A stretch of 64,000 nucleotides of DNA from a virus (IMGVR_UViG_3300012682_000001:1-64000), one strand, 5' to 3'; shown: positions 9,024-17,566, counted from the first letter of the stretch. Numbers and translations are program-made. Notes: generated by a model from the sequence alone, not told the origin.

Positions 9024-9568
9024 ACCCCCACGAATTCGCACCACTGGAGGGCTCCATCGGCCCCGTATGCTCAGTCTGCTACGAGGCGGAGTCCACCAGC
9101 GCCCATCACCCAGAGGAGCAGCTTGACGAAGACGCGGCGTTCCCCGCCCCGACGTATGATCGAGACCCAAGGGAGCCTGATTTCAGGGAGAGCCTATGGG
9201 GAGGCTCCATGGACTCAGACGACCGACTAAACATCGTGGATCAGGCAGCAGAGTTCGCGAGCATCATGCCGGACTGCCAGGAGCGGACGGAGCTGATCGC
9301 AGCCGCAGCCAAATACCTCACCGCCACGATCCGAGACCACACCTACCCTGCTTATGTCGTTAAACCGGAAAACCCCACTCAAGGCCAACCCGGCGAAGAC
9401 ATTGGACTGGCAGCGCAGGAGCCAGCAGCGGGCGAGGGACAAGCTGCGGTCGAACCCCCGCTCCAGCCCTACGTCGATCCTGCGAAAGACCTCATCCTAC
9501 CAACCAAGATCACCAGAGGGCTTAACATCGGGCCTAAAGCGGCGCCAGCCGATGAAGAAGGCGGGTAA
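9020..9568 (+). CDS. hypothetical acidic protein
   Basis: Track ORF, ATGA-coupled to ParB. Confidence 0.55.
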   Translation: MNPHEFAPLEGSIGPVCSVCYEAESTSAHHPEEQLDEDAAFPAPTYDRDPREPDFRESLWGGSMDSDDRLNIVDQAAEFASIMPDCQERTELIAAAAKYLTATIRDHTYPAYVVKPENPTQGQPGEDIGLAAQEPAAGEGQAAVEPPLQPYVDPAKDLILPTKITRGLNIGPKAAPADEEGG

Positions 9569-9845
9569 GCGGACCAAAGACTGGGAACGCGTTCGCAGGA
9601 ACTTAAAGCCAAAGTTCGAGAGAGTTGGGATCACCACATGCGAGTTACGTTACGAGGGATGCTGGTCAGACAACGGACTTGGGTTTGCTCATACGAAGAA
9701 GAGAGCCAACCTCGGACCCGGCGAGCTGTCCGTGGTCGCGCTTCTTTGTAATTCCTGCCACGACAAGATCGAGATACTCCCAGAGGAGGAGATGACCAAA
9801 GTCGTCCTGGCCACAATCGCCGCCCGTAAACAGCAGCCAGAGTAG
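9552..9845 (+). CDS. small HNH endonuclease
   Basis: Internal ATG (MKKAGKRTKDWERV...) of track ORF 9354..9845. CELRYEGC ... FAH ... LLCNSCHDKIE gives an HNH/zinc pattern. Confidence 0.6.
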   Translation: MKKAGKRTKDWERVRRNLKPKFERVGITTCELRYEGCWSDNGLGFAHTKKRANLGPGELSVVALLCNSCHDKIEILPEEEMTKVVLATIAARKQQPE

Positions 9846-9865
9846 CGACATCAGGGCACAAAAAT

Positions 9866-9905
9866 AGGGCGCACCGGGAATGGAACCCAGTGCGCCCTTT
9901 GTGTT
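9866..9905. terminator. bidirectional rho-independent terminator between convergent blocks
   Basis: AGGGCGCAC (9866-9874) pairs with GTGCGCCCT (9890-9898), followed by TTGTGTT. Sits between the last + gene and the first - gene. Confidence 0.7.
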
Positions 9906-10158
9906 ATAGCTTAGTTTTGTAGGTTGTGGTCGATGAAGACCGGGTATGTAAATCCTCCATGTAGCTACGCAGCCACCGGAGGGGTTTTCGGACATTCCTT
10001 CGAGGCGACAGGCCCAGCAGGCGTTTTAGTTTAATTGGCGCTGGTTTGGGTAATCTCGGGACTTCCTCCCTGCCCACTCCGAATGTCATAACGTGGAACG
10101 CCTCAATCAGAAGCCAGGTGAACCAGCTTGCCAGCAGTCGGGTTAATTTATTGATCAT
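9904..10158 (-). CDS. hypothetical protein (hydrophobic N-terminus, basic C-terminus)
   Basis: Track ORF in a lower-GC stretch, ends 5 nt from the terminator; no SD. Confidence 0.3.
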   Translation of the reverse strand: MINKLTRLLASWFTWLLIEAFHVMTFGVGREEVPRLPKPAPIKLKRLLGLSPRRNVRKPLRWLRSYMEDLHTRSSSTTTYKTKL

Positions 10159-10171
10159 AGTTGAGGTGAAA

Positions 10172-10196
10172 GCAAGCGGGGATCGGACCCGCCTGC
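10172..10196 (-). promoter_or_regulatory. conserved GGG-GATCGGA-CCC stem-loop, copy 1 of 3
   Basis: GCAAGCGGG / GATCGGA loop / CCCGCCTGC (9 bp, one A.C mismatch), 12 nt downstream of the stop at 10208 on the - strand. Confidence 0.5.
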
Positions 10197-10207
10197 AATC
10201 GGTTTGG

Positions 10208-10381
10208 TTACTTGCTACCCTTGCGAGCAGGCTTGCGTTTCTTCATCCTGGCCACCAATGGCCGTGTAAGCCTCCAGGCGGCCAGGAGGGCCACTACCGC
10301 ACCCTGGACAGCCCTGATGGCATCTTCTGGCCTCACAGGCCCCTTTCTGCGCGATTGTCGGGCATTCTTGGGCTTGGTCAT
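10208..10381 (-). CDS. small basic protein (57 aa)
   Basis: Read by hand: MTKPKNARQSRRKGPVRPEDAIRAVQGAVVALLAAWRL...RKGSK. ATGA-coupled to the upstream gene; below the track length cutoff. Confidence 0.4.
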   Translation of the reverse strand: MTKPKNARQSRRKGPVRPEDAIRAVQGAVVALLAAWRLTRPLVARMKKRKPARKGSK

Positions 10382-10518
10382 GGCTTATTATCCTCCTCGG
10401 CTTGTAGCTCCTCGTGCTCTGCTCCGCAGTCCTGGCAGCGAGCGGAGCCGTCAGGACGCACGAGCCAGTTCATGAAGTTGAAGCATCTCTTGCAGCGGCG
10501 CAGATAGAGCGACTTCAT
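10378..10518 (-). CDS. small zinc-ribbon protein (46 aa)
   Basis: Read by hand: MKSLYLRRCKRCFNFMNWLVRPDGSARCQDCGAEHEELQAEEDNKP, with CxxC...CxxC; starts 3 nt after the upstream stop. Confidence 0.5.
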   Translation of the reverse strand: MKSLYLRRCKRCFNFMNWLVRPDGSARCQDCGAEHEELQAEEDNKP

Positions 10519-10520
10519 AC

Positions 10521-11603
10521 CTAGTCCTCCAACTGCATCATCCGGCTACTGGCGCTCACCACCAAGGACGACAGGGATGACTTCACTCCTTCCATCCTGG
10601 TCTTCACGCTCTGCCTCAGCGCCTGATCAGACGACATGGCCTTCAGGTCCAGGCCCTTCACGATGGCCTCCATCTCGGAGACCTTAGCATCCAGCTCTGC
10701 ATCATTGCAGATATTGCGGCCCTTGAAGGAAGCGATGAAGTCCTGAATCTTCGTGACGGTCGTCGCGTAGAACTTCCTCTTCTCTCCGCCATCCTTCGGC
10801 GTCAGGCTCTCGACGAGCCCGCCCACGAGGTCATCGACCGTCTGCCGCAAGAGGAGCACTCCATTGGCTTCGATCTCCGCCCAGACCTTCTCCGCCTTAG
10901 CCTTCGCCTTGGCGTAGATGCGTGAGTCGAACTGCTTCAACTCGTCAGGCACTCCGAAGGCCATCCAGTCGTAGTCGAACTTAAAGAGCCCACGCAGGGA
11001 CTCCACGGACTTGTAATCCCGAGGATTATAGAGCGGCCCCAGCTTCGTAGCCTCCGGGGTGATCTGGAGCGGATACACCGCCACCAGGTTCTCGACCAGG
11101 AGGCGCAGTTCGCCCTCGGTCTTCACCGCCAGCTCATCGATCTCAGGAATCCGAGTGATGTCCACGACATGAGCTGCCTGGAACTTCACATGCGGAATAC
11201 CCATCCGAGCGAACTCATCCCGGCGATCCTGGATGAACTTCGTCAGCGCGTCATATTCCTTACTCTCGAAGAGCGGCTTATCCCCACCGATCGGAACCTT
11301 CACGGTATCCGGCAGGTTCATGACCAGCCTCTTCTCCTCGGTGGTCAGCTTCTTGGTCTTGGGCAGGCTTCCCTCGAAGCTCACCTTAACCACGATGCGA
11401 CCGGCCAGCTCAGCGTTGATGTCCGCCACGCTGGAGACGACCTCCTTGATGCGGGCTCTCTCAGCCGCTTTCCTGAGGTCCTCCTTCGCTTGGAACTCCC
11501 CGAACATCACATTTATTTCAGCGATAATCTCAGGGTGCCATAGGTCGTCGATTACGGCGCCTATCTTGTAGTTATCTCGCGCCCACTGTTGGAACTTGTT
11601 CAT
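10521..11603 (-). CDS. hypothetical protein, possibly DUF3150-like
   Basis: 360-aa track ORF with a GGAGGA SD. Overall composition recalls the DUF3150 proteins found beside ParB/anti-restriction genes on ICEs and plasmids (from memory, unverified). Confidence 0.6.
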   Translation of the reverse strand: MNKFQQWARDNYKIGAVIDDLWHPEIIAEINVMFGEFQAKEDLRKAAERARIKEVVSSVADINAELAGRIVVKVSFEGSLPKTKKLTTEEKRLVMNLPDTVKVPIGGDKPLFESKEYDALTKFIQDRRDEFARMGIPHVKFQAAHVVDITRIPEIDELAVKTEGELRLLVENLVAVYPLQITPEATKLGPLYNPRDYKSVESLRGLFKFDYDWMAFGVPDELKQFDSRIYAKAKAKAEKVWAEIEANGVLLLRQTVDDLVGGLVESLTPKDGGEKRKFYATTVTKIQDFIASFKGRNICNDAELDAKVSEMEAIVKGLDLKAMSSDQALRQSVKTRMEGVKSSLSSLVVSASSRMMQLED

Positions 11604-11950
11604 CGTGCGCTGTCCTCCAGGAGTATTGGGAACGCCTTCTCCGAAACCGGAGACCCGTCCATATCCAGCTCCTCAGCTCCGTTAATTGTGATCACAATCC
11701 CATCAACCTCCTTGACCCAGTTAAAGGCCGGGCTGTCGGAGTATCGGTCAACCTTCCGGGACCACCCGGACTTACCGAACACCTCCCCGAGCAGGGCGGC
11801 ATCCTGCTTTCTTAAGGAGACCGATGGTGGGCCATAGCTTCCCCCGGACAACCGGGTAGCTTCAGGCTTCTCCAGCGCGGGTCCGTAGCGTTCCATAAAC
11901 GCCTCCGCATGCTCGATGTTTGATTTCAGTTCTGCGATGTTGTTTGTCAT
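11600..11950 (-). CDS. hypothetical protein
   Basis: Track ORF, coupled to the downstream gene. Confidence 0.6.
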   Translation of the reverse strand: MTNNIAELKSNIEHAEAFMERYGPALEKPEATRLSGGSYGPPSVSLRKQDAALLGEVFGKSGWSRKVDRYSDSPAFNWVKEVDGIVITINGAEELDMDGSPVSEKAFPILLEDSAR

Positions 11951-11973
11951 ATCTTAGTGTTTGGTTACTGCGT

Positions 11974-12129
11974 TTACTGAAGCGCCTTCTGAAGCGCGGT
12001 TACGGTGTCGATGATCTCCTGGAGGTGCTCACGAGCAGCCTGCTTGTCGGGAGAGAAGGAGGCGGTATCTGCCTCACTGGCGATGCGGTCAAACAACCGC
12101 GCGATCTCTTGCATTTGTTTATCGTTCAT
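11974..12129 (-). CDS. hypothetical small protein
   Basis: Internal ATG (MNDKQMQEIARLF...) ATGA-coupled to the upstream stop, AAGGAGAA SD. Confidence 0.5.
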   Translation of the reverse strand: MNDKQMQEIARLFDRIASEADTASFSPDKQAAREHLQEIIDTVTALQKALQ

Positions 12130-12347
12130 ACTGTAGGTTCTCCTTTGGTTGCCACAGGCGAGAAAGCCCACCCGAATATTTTGGTTACCTTGACCGGACC
12201 CACTTCATCCCCAAGGTAATTGGAGTGGAGGAATAGGCCTTCGTCTTCTTGCGAGTTCAGAAGAACCATATCCCGGAAGCATTCAAACTCCTCCGGGTCG
12301 TTAAAGTCTCCATCATATTCGACTTCGATCTCTAGTGGTAGCTTCAT
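12126..12347 (-). CDS. hypothetical acidic protein
   Basis: Track ORF, GGAGG SD. Confidence 0.55.
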   Translation of the reverse strand: MKLPLEIEVEYDGDFNDPEEFECFRDMVLLNSQEDEGLFLHSNYLGDEVGPVKVTKIFGWAFSPVATKGEPTV

Positions 12348-12613
12348 TTGCTCGCCTCCTGCTTCATGGGCATGCGGACCTTACCGACCCGGTTACTGGT
12401 CACGGTCTGCGGGAAGTGGATCGCCGCCCCGCCATCCACGGTGATCTTATCCAGCTCCTCCTGCGGGCCGGTGTAGATGTAGATGACGACACTGCGGGTT
12501 CCAGAGCCTCCCTGCTTGCGCACCTGGGCGATAGCGGACTCAAGGTCCGGCCCGGCACCCCAGTAAAACTGATCGGTGACGGCATACACTTTCTGCGGGT
12601 GTGGTTCTTTCAT
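12344..12613 (-). CDS. hypothetical protein
   Basis: Internal ATG (MKEPHPQKVYAVTDQFYWGAGPDLE...), chosen because it lies just after the upstream stop at 12618. Confidence 0.55.
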   Translation of the reverse strand: MKEPHPQKVYAVTDQFYWGAGPDLESAIAQVRKQGGSGTRSVVIYIYTGPQEELDKITVDGGAAIHFPQTVTSNRVGKVRMPMKQEASK

Positions 12614-12617
12614 GGTG

Positions 12618-12824
12618 TTAGTGCGCGTGCTGGCTTCCGTCGGCATGCGTATGCACATGGCCGCGCCCGAGTTTCTTGTGCGTGGTTTTACCGCCTGCCG
12701 ACTTCTTGATCTCACGGATCATGGACTCGGCGTTGGCGTGGTTAGGCGCGGAGATGGCATCCGCGCTGGTGATCTTAATGATGCCGCTGTCGAGAATCTC
12801 GATCGCGATGGTGTCTTTTGGCAT
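12618..12824 (-). CDS. DUF2997-like small protein with His-rich tail
   Basis: IAIEILDSGIIKITSADAISAPNHANAESMIREI resembles the DUF2997 pattern; C-terminal GHVHTHADGSQHAH; AAAGGAA SD. Confidence 0.5.
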   Translation of the reverse strand: MPKDTIAIEILDSGIIKITSADAISAPNHANAESMIREIKKSAGGKTTHKKLGRGHVHTHADGSQHAH

Positions 12825-12837
12825 GGTGTTCCTTTCG

Positions 12838-13137
12838 TTACTTGGTTACGGCGTATTTGAACTCGCCGAGCTTCTTGATCGACCACTTGTGAGTGGCCGC
12901 GTTTTTCTTCAGGTTCGCGACTGCGGTGTGCTTCTTCAGAAGCGGGATGTCCATCGGGGAGGTGCTACTCAGCTTCCCGTTCTCGAACGACCCCGTGAGG
13001 CCTTTGCCGTAGTAGCTCACTGTTGAGCCATAGACGGTGGCCTGAAACCCCATCTCCCTAAGCCCTTCGGCCAGGAGGTTCGGGTCGGTGATTCCTTCGA
13101 GCGTCTGCTCGACGGTCTGTTGCGTGTTGCAAGGCAT
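12838..13137 (-). CDS. DUF1257 (Ycf35)-like protein
   Basis: TVEQTLEGITDPNLLAEGLREMGF and LLKKHTAVANLKKNAATHKWSI parallel the Ycf35/DUF1257 N- and C-terminal blocks; adjacent to the AAA+ gene. Confidence 0.55.
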   Translation of the reverse strand: MPCNTQQTVEQTLEGITDPNLLAEGLREMGFQATVYGSTVSYYGKGLTGSFENGKLSSTSPMDIPLLKKHTAVANLKKNAATHKWSIKKLGEFKYAVTK

Positions 13138-13153
13138 AGTGGTGATTCCTTTC

Positions 13154-14662
13154 TTAGTTCTGATTTGGTTTCGGCTCTTTGATCATCTTGCGAACAGCAG
13201 CCGTATTCACTGATCGCTTGGTTTGGAAATACCCAGGCTCGCTGGCTGAAAGATACTTCCCTGCCGCGGACTCCCGCAGCTTCTCTACATTGTCTCCCAT
13301 GGCCTTCACGACCGGGGAGATGAACTGCGCGGCCTCGATGAGCGAGACCCCGAACTCGTCCGCAAGTTTGCAGACATTCTTGATCTCTGCGCCGGTCCAC
13401 CCGACGCACTCCGGCTTCTCGCCAGAGACATTGAACTTCTTCTGATACAGGCCCCAGATCGGAGCCTGTTGCTGCTCGGTCAGTAGGTCGAAGAAGAACG
13501 TCCCTCCATCGAACCTGCGCCGCAACTGAGGAGGCAGCCCCTCAATCGAATTGGCCGTCCCGATGAAGAACACATCGGAACCCCCCATGGCGTAGAGGGT
13601 CTGCATGGCATTTCGGATCAGCTTCTCTGAGTCGCCGACGATGCCGCCCTTCATTGAGCCCATGTCCAGAGTCAGGAACATACCCCCTGACTCGTTGCCC
13701 ATAGCCTTCCCGAGTTCGGTCTTACCCGTCCCCGCGAACCCATTGAACAGCACCCCGGACCAACTGTGGTCCTGCATGTGCGACAGGAACTGGTAGAGCG
13801 CATCCCGGTTCAACCCATTGGAGTCCCCGAGACCGGCGAACTGGTCGGCGATCTCATCGACCAGCACAAACATCTGAGGCTTGCGCTTGCCGCTGATCTT
13901 CATGCGGGCGTATTTCTTCACCTGATCCAGCCCTCCGATGTTGTCGAACGAGGCATCGCTTTCGATGATCGTCAGACCACTCACGGAGTTGATCGCACTG
14001 ATCTTGCGCTGCCGCAGGATCGGGATGTCCAAGCCGGACTTCCTCATCGCCATCGCCACAGAGTTCTCCGCGACGAACGCAGACAGCCCTCTGGTGGCCG
14101 ATACAGCCTGCTTCAGCACCTCCTCGCTTGGCTCCGGCAACTCCGAAGCGGTGAAGATGTTCTTGGTGATGGCTGCCAGCTCCCCCTCATCAGGAAGAGC
14201 CACGTCCAGCACGATCACATCATTGATCAGCTCCACCGGCACCCGACACGACGGGCACAGCAAGACCAGCGTCCTGCGGCTCGCCTTGAACGGGTCACGG
14301 CAGTTAGCGATCGAGGTGATGGCAGTCAGTAGGTTTCCCTGCTCCTTCGTCTCCAGCAGGAGGTGCGCGTTATCCATGAAGAGGATCGAGCCCTCGCCCA
14401 TCTTCTCCAGCGCCAGCATCAGGGCCTCCTGCGGGTTGGCTGAGGTGATCGCCGGGGGCGCTCCGTCATTGATGACCGAAGCCTGAGCCTCGCCCTCCTT
14501 GTTCACGCCGAGGATTCCGCTGTTGATGTTCCAGCGAAGCGAGGGGGCGGTGCTCATCGACGCGATCTTCGAGACCACAGACGACGGGTCCGGGCACTGG
14601 ATGATGATGATTGGAACCGCAGCGTTGCGAGCGCGGCGGAATGTTTCGAGATAGTTTGTCAT
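13154..14662 (-). CDS. Ycf46-type AAA+ ATPase with swapped Walker A/B blocks
   Basis: Degenerate N-domain (ILFMDNAHLL, VLDVALPDEGEL), then FDNIGGLDQVKKY, FVLVDEIADQFAGLGDSNG (13853-13870), GFAGTGKT (13718-13741), DVFFIGTANSIEGLPPQLRRRFD. Confidence 0.85.
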   Translation of the reverse strand: MTNYLETFRRARNAAVPIIIIQCPDPSSVVSKIASMSTAPSLRWNINSGILGVNKEGEAQASVINDGAPPAITSANPQEALMLALEKMGEGSILFMDNAHLLLETKEQGNLLTAITSIANCRDPFKASRRTLVLLCPSCRVPVELINDVIVLDVALPDEGELAAITKNIFTASELPEPSEEVLKQAVSATRGLSAFVAENSVAMAMRKSGLDIPILRQRKISAINSVSGLTIIESDASFDNIGGLDQVKKYARMKISGKRKPQMFVLVDEIADQFAGLGDSNGLNRDALYQFLSHMQDHSWSGVLFNGFAGTGKTELGKAMGNESGGMFLTLDMGSMKGGIVGDSEKLIRNAMQTLYAMGGSDVFFIGTANSIEGLPPQLRRRFDGGTFFFDLLTEQQQAPIWGLYQKKFNVSGEKPECVGWTGAEIKNVCKLADEFGVSLIEAAQFISPVVKAMGDNVEKLRESAAGKYLSASEPGYFQTKRSVNTAAVRKMIKEPKPNQN

Positions 14663-14667
14663 GGTAT

Positions 14668-14796
14668 TTATTGTCCTTTCTTGATTGCGGTCACGGCGAT
14701 CATCGCCAGGACCAGGGTGAGCAGGACCATCCCAGCAGCATCGCTGGAGTGGAGGTGGGTGAAGGGCGCGAGGTGCGCCAGTAGGGTTGTGTTCAT
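14668..14796 (-). CDS. small membrane peptide (42 aa)
   Basis: Read by hand: MNTTLLAHLAPFTHLHSSDAAGMVLLTLVLAMIAVTAIKKGQ; fills the gap upstream of the AAA+ gene. Confidence 0.3.
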   Translation of the reverse strand: MNTTLLAHLAPFTHLHSSDAAGMVLLTLVLAMIAVTAIKKGQ

Positions 14797-14873
14797 ATCT
14801 TGGTTTTGTGTCTTTCAGTTTACCCGCACTACGTAGCGAGACTCACGTTTGGACCATGGCGGTCCGGTTTGGC

Positions 14874-14898
14874 TCAACGGGGGATCGGACCCCGCTGA
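14874..14898 (-). promoter_or_regulatory. conserved GGG-GATCGGA-CCC stem-loop, copy 2 of 3
   Basis: TCAACGGGG / GATCGGA / CCCCGCTGA. Same 9-bp architecture with the A.C mismatch at the same position; 9 nt downstream of the stop at 14907. Confidence 0.5.
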
Positions 14899-14906
14899 AA
14901 CCAGGT

Positions 14907-15014
14907 TTACTTACGCCGCTTGATGAAGAACGGCAGGATGACCAGGATCACCCCGAGGGCCTCTGCGAGCATCTCCAGGGTCTTGGTTACCCGGTCTTTG
15001 TTTTGCTGGCTCAT
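14907..15014 (-). CDS. small membrane peptide (35 aa)
   Basis: Internal ATG (MSQQNKDRVTKTLEMLAEALGVILVILPFFIKRRK) ATGA-coupled to the upstream stop. Confidence 0.4.
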   Translation of the reverse strand: MSQQNKDRVTKTLEMLAEALGVILVILPFFIKRRK

Positions 15015-15406
15015 GCGGAGTAGTAGAACTCCTGAGCGTAGCGCACCAGAGCAGCCTCCTCCTCTGCGGAGATCGACAGCTCCGTCCAGGGGGTAAACCA
15101 ATCCTGATGCTCTAAAGCCGCGCTATACGGCTCTCCGCTCTCATCGAGATCGCCGATGATGCGAATTGCTGGCCCGCCCGTGCAGAGCAGGATTCGATAC
15201 TCCCCAGGAACCCCTGAGTCGCCGTCCCCGCCCGGAGGATACCAGTCTCCACGAACCTCCACGGAGAGAGGGTCTTCCTGGATAGCCTCTCGTGCCCTCT
15301 CCAGCTCGGCGTCGTCTTCTGTGTCCAGCGCCTTAACCATCTCTTGAATGCTCCCGAGCTGAGCCCGAGCTTCTTCTTCACTTCGTTTTCCTTCTTCAGT
15401 TTTCAT
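15011..15406 (-). CDS. hypothetical acidic protein
   Basis: Track ORF, Glu/Asp-rich. Confidence 0.6.
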   Translation of the reverse strand: MKTEEGKRSEEEARAQLGSIQEMVKALDTEDDAELERAREAIQEDPLSVEVRGDWYPPGGDGDSGVPGEYRILLCTGGPAIRIIGDLDESGEPYSAALEHQDWFTPWTELSISAEEEAALVRYAQEFYYSA

Positions 15407-15425
15407 TGTGTGTATCTTTTCTTTG

Positions 15426-16172
15426 TTACTTGGTTACTGCTTCTGCGGCCTCATAGGCCTCTTGCTTCTCGGCTCTCAGTGCTGCCACCTTGGCCTCGAA
15501 CTTCGGCCAGTCCACTTCGCGCTCGTCTTCCCCATTGCCGGAGAAGACGCTCCCGTAGAGGTGCATCGAGAACTCTGACGTGTCTTCCCAGTGCTCGCTC
15601 GCTTTAATCACCGCAGCGACGAGCGTCCCCATCTCATTGTAGTCCCACTCGTTCAGCGGCCTGGTTAGCCATTCCGCCAGCGAGTTGCTGTAATGGGATA
15701 TGAACCCGTCGTAAGACGTGAACGTATCCTTGATGACCTGCTTAAGGGTCTTGTGGTCCCCGGAAGCGCTCTTTGAAAAGAGCGTATCGATCACCTCATA
15801 CGGGACCTCGGCGAACACCCTGTCCGTCGTGAAGTTGTATTCACGAGGAGAGAGCATCTTCTCGAAGGTGAAGGACTTCTCGGGGGTCCCGATATGCTCC
15901 TTCATCCAGCAGTCGAACGCCTCGACCCACATCTTGGCGATACCGTGATAGGTGGCCTGGTAGTCGGTGCAGTCGAAGAAGATCGACGCATACTCGGATT
16001 CCGAGAGGCGCAGATGCTCCGGCTGGTAGGTTTCGGGGTGGTATTTCTCGCTGGACTCTTTCTCGGCATAATACTCAGCATCCCGTTCTTCAGCGTCGTC
16101 GATCGCGTGGGACAACATGGACTCATAGAATCCTGGAAAAAACGGGAGTGTTACTGGATACTTGTCTTTCAT
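15426..16172 (-). CDS. hypothetical acidic protein (plasmid leading-region style)
   Basis: Track ORF; FFPGFYES and SPREYNFTTDR blocks recall unknown-function proteins seen in plasmid/ICE anti-restriction regions (memory only). Confidence 0.65.
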   Translation of the reverse strand: MKDKYPVTLPFFPGFYESMLSHAIDDAEERDAEYYAEKESSEKYHPETYQPEHLRLSESEYASIFFDCTDYQATYHGIAKMWVEAFDCWMKEHIGTPEKSFTFEKMLSPREYNFTTDRVFAEVPYEVIDTLFSKSASGDHKTLKQVIKDTFTSYDGFISHYSNSLAEWLTRPLNEWDYNEMGTLVAAVIKASEHWEDTSEFSMHLYGSVFSGNGEDEREVDWPKFEAKVAALRAEKQEAYEAAEAVTK

Positions 16173-16423
16173 AGTTTGGTTTCTTTCTTTGTTACTGTCG
16201 TTTGGGTTTTATTGAACTCTGCCTCGGCGGCCCCCTTCATCGCCGTATCGGTCGTGGAGTAATACAGTCCATCAGCCGGGGTATGCGCATCATTATGTTT
16301 TAGAATCCACTTTTTTACGGAGCGGTCCCAGACCACGGTTAGGTCGTGCTCGGCATTTCTCCAGAAGTGCGGCTTCCCGCCATATGTCACGGACGGGCAC
16401 TTACTCCATCGCAGCTTAATCAC
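16169..16423 (-). CDS. hypothetical protein
   Basis: Track ORF, coupled on both sides. Confidence 0.55.
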   Translation of the reverse strand: MIKLRWSKCPSVTYGGKPHFWRNAEHDLTVVWDRSVKKWILKHNDAHTPADGLYYSTTDTAMKGAAEAEFNKTQTTVTKKETKL

Positions 16424-16923
16424 AGAACCCCCTCCTCAGCCAGCTTGGCCATATCTCCAGCCTGCCACTCCCCGCACTTCAGGCACCGCAGCCCGATGCA
16501 CCCGTGCCGCTGGCGGGTGAACATGCGCTTCCAGAAGGCCGTATCCGGCTCTGGTAGCTCATCAGGGCGCTCGATCACCGCCTCCAGCATGGCCCAGCTT
16601 GTCGCCAGAAGCCCCGTGGTGACGTTTTTATCCCAATCTGGGGAGGAGATAGCCAACTGGGCATCTGAGACCAGCTTCTGGGCAGCCTTAAGCGTGGGCC
16701 GGATCATCTCCTTGCGGATGTTGGTCTGCGAGTTTGCAGAATCGGGGGCTACCGCAGTCCACACACCCACCGGGAAGTGTTTCCCCTCTCCGCCGAACCC
16801 GTGCGCTAGGAGTCTCTCACAGACAGCGTGGGCTGCCTCCATGGTGTCGTGGGTGTCTGATGTGATGCCGCCGTCATGCGTGTAGCATGCTGGCCCCCAT
16901 TGGGCGTTTGATGTGTATTTCAT
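16420..16923 (-). CDS. hypothetical protein
   Basis: Internal ATG (MKYTSNAQWGPACY...) preceded by GAAAGGAAA SD. Confidence 0.6.
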   Translation of the reverse strand: MKYTSNAQWGPACYTHDGGITSDTHDTMEAAHAVCERLLAHGFGGEGKHFPVGVWTAVAPDSANSQTNIRKEMIRPTLKAAQKLVSDAQLAISSPDWDKNVTTGLLATSWAMLEAVIERPDELPEPDTAFWKRMFTRQRHGCIGLRCLKCGEWQAGDMAKLAEEGVL

Positions 16924-16949
16924 AGTGTTAGTTTCCTTTCGTTGTGTGG

Positions 16950-17162
16950 TTACTGGCATGTGTCGCAGTGGCGACGGTTTCTTGGTATCTGCTCATTACA
17001 CCCACGGCATTCGTGAGTGGCGTTGGGGCAGCCCGTCTCGTGACAGGCCACCCCGTTTATCGCCAGCGCTTCACATTGAGAGCACCGAGCGCGGAACTGG
17101 CGAGTGAAGGGAACGTGGGTCGATCTATCGAACCCGCGCGCCCGGAGTGTAGAGAGACTCAC
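16950..17162 (-). CDS. Cys-rich zinc-binding small protein
   Basis: CSQCEALAINGVACHETGCPNATHECRGCNEQIPRNRRHCDTCQ. Confidence 0.55.
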   Translation of the reverse strand: MSLSTLRARGFDRSTHVPFTRQFRARCSQCEALAINGVACHETGCPNATHECRGCNEQIPRNRRHCDTCQ

Positions 17163-17566
17163 TTACTCACCCCTTTCATCTGCGCGTCATAGCGCTCCTG
17201 AAGGACTTGCTTCAGGAAGGTGATTGCAGCCAACAGCTCCGTGCAGATCGCCGGGGACGCCCCGGCGATCTCAAAGAGGTCTTCTGCGGCCCCCAGCAGC
17301 ATCTGCGGCAGATAGCCGCCGATCTCCGGGTCGATCTCTTCACGCTTCTCCCAGGTCCCGCCCATGCGGGCAACCCCCTCGATCTCCACTCCGGCCACAA
17401 TGGCCTTCGCGTAAACGTCGGTGTCGTAGGCAACGTAGTCTTCGATTGGGAAGTCCTCGTCCCCATCCCACACGCAATCAGGATCGAGCGTCCACTCGAC
17501 ACCGAAGGCGACACTAGGCGCGATCTCAGCCAACCTGAGCTGGTAGTCCGGTTCAACTACAGACAT
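17159..17566 (-). CDS. hypothetical acidic protein
   Basis: Track ORF, Asp/Glu-rich. Confidence 0.6.
   Translation of the reverse strand: MSVVEPDYQLRLAEIAPSVAFGVEWTLDPDCVWDGDEDFPIEDYVAYDTDVYAKAIVAGVEIEGVARMGGTWEKREEIDPEIGGYLPQMLLGAAEDLFEIAGASPAICTELLAAITFLKQVLQERYDAQMKGVSK

Noticed and set aside
8214-9170. 318-aa - strand ORF antisense to ParB, and the nested 8321..8863 ORF
   Set aside because: Antisense artefact; the ParB frame carries a clear domain signature.
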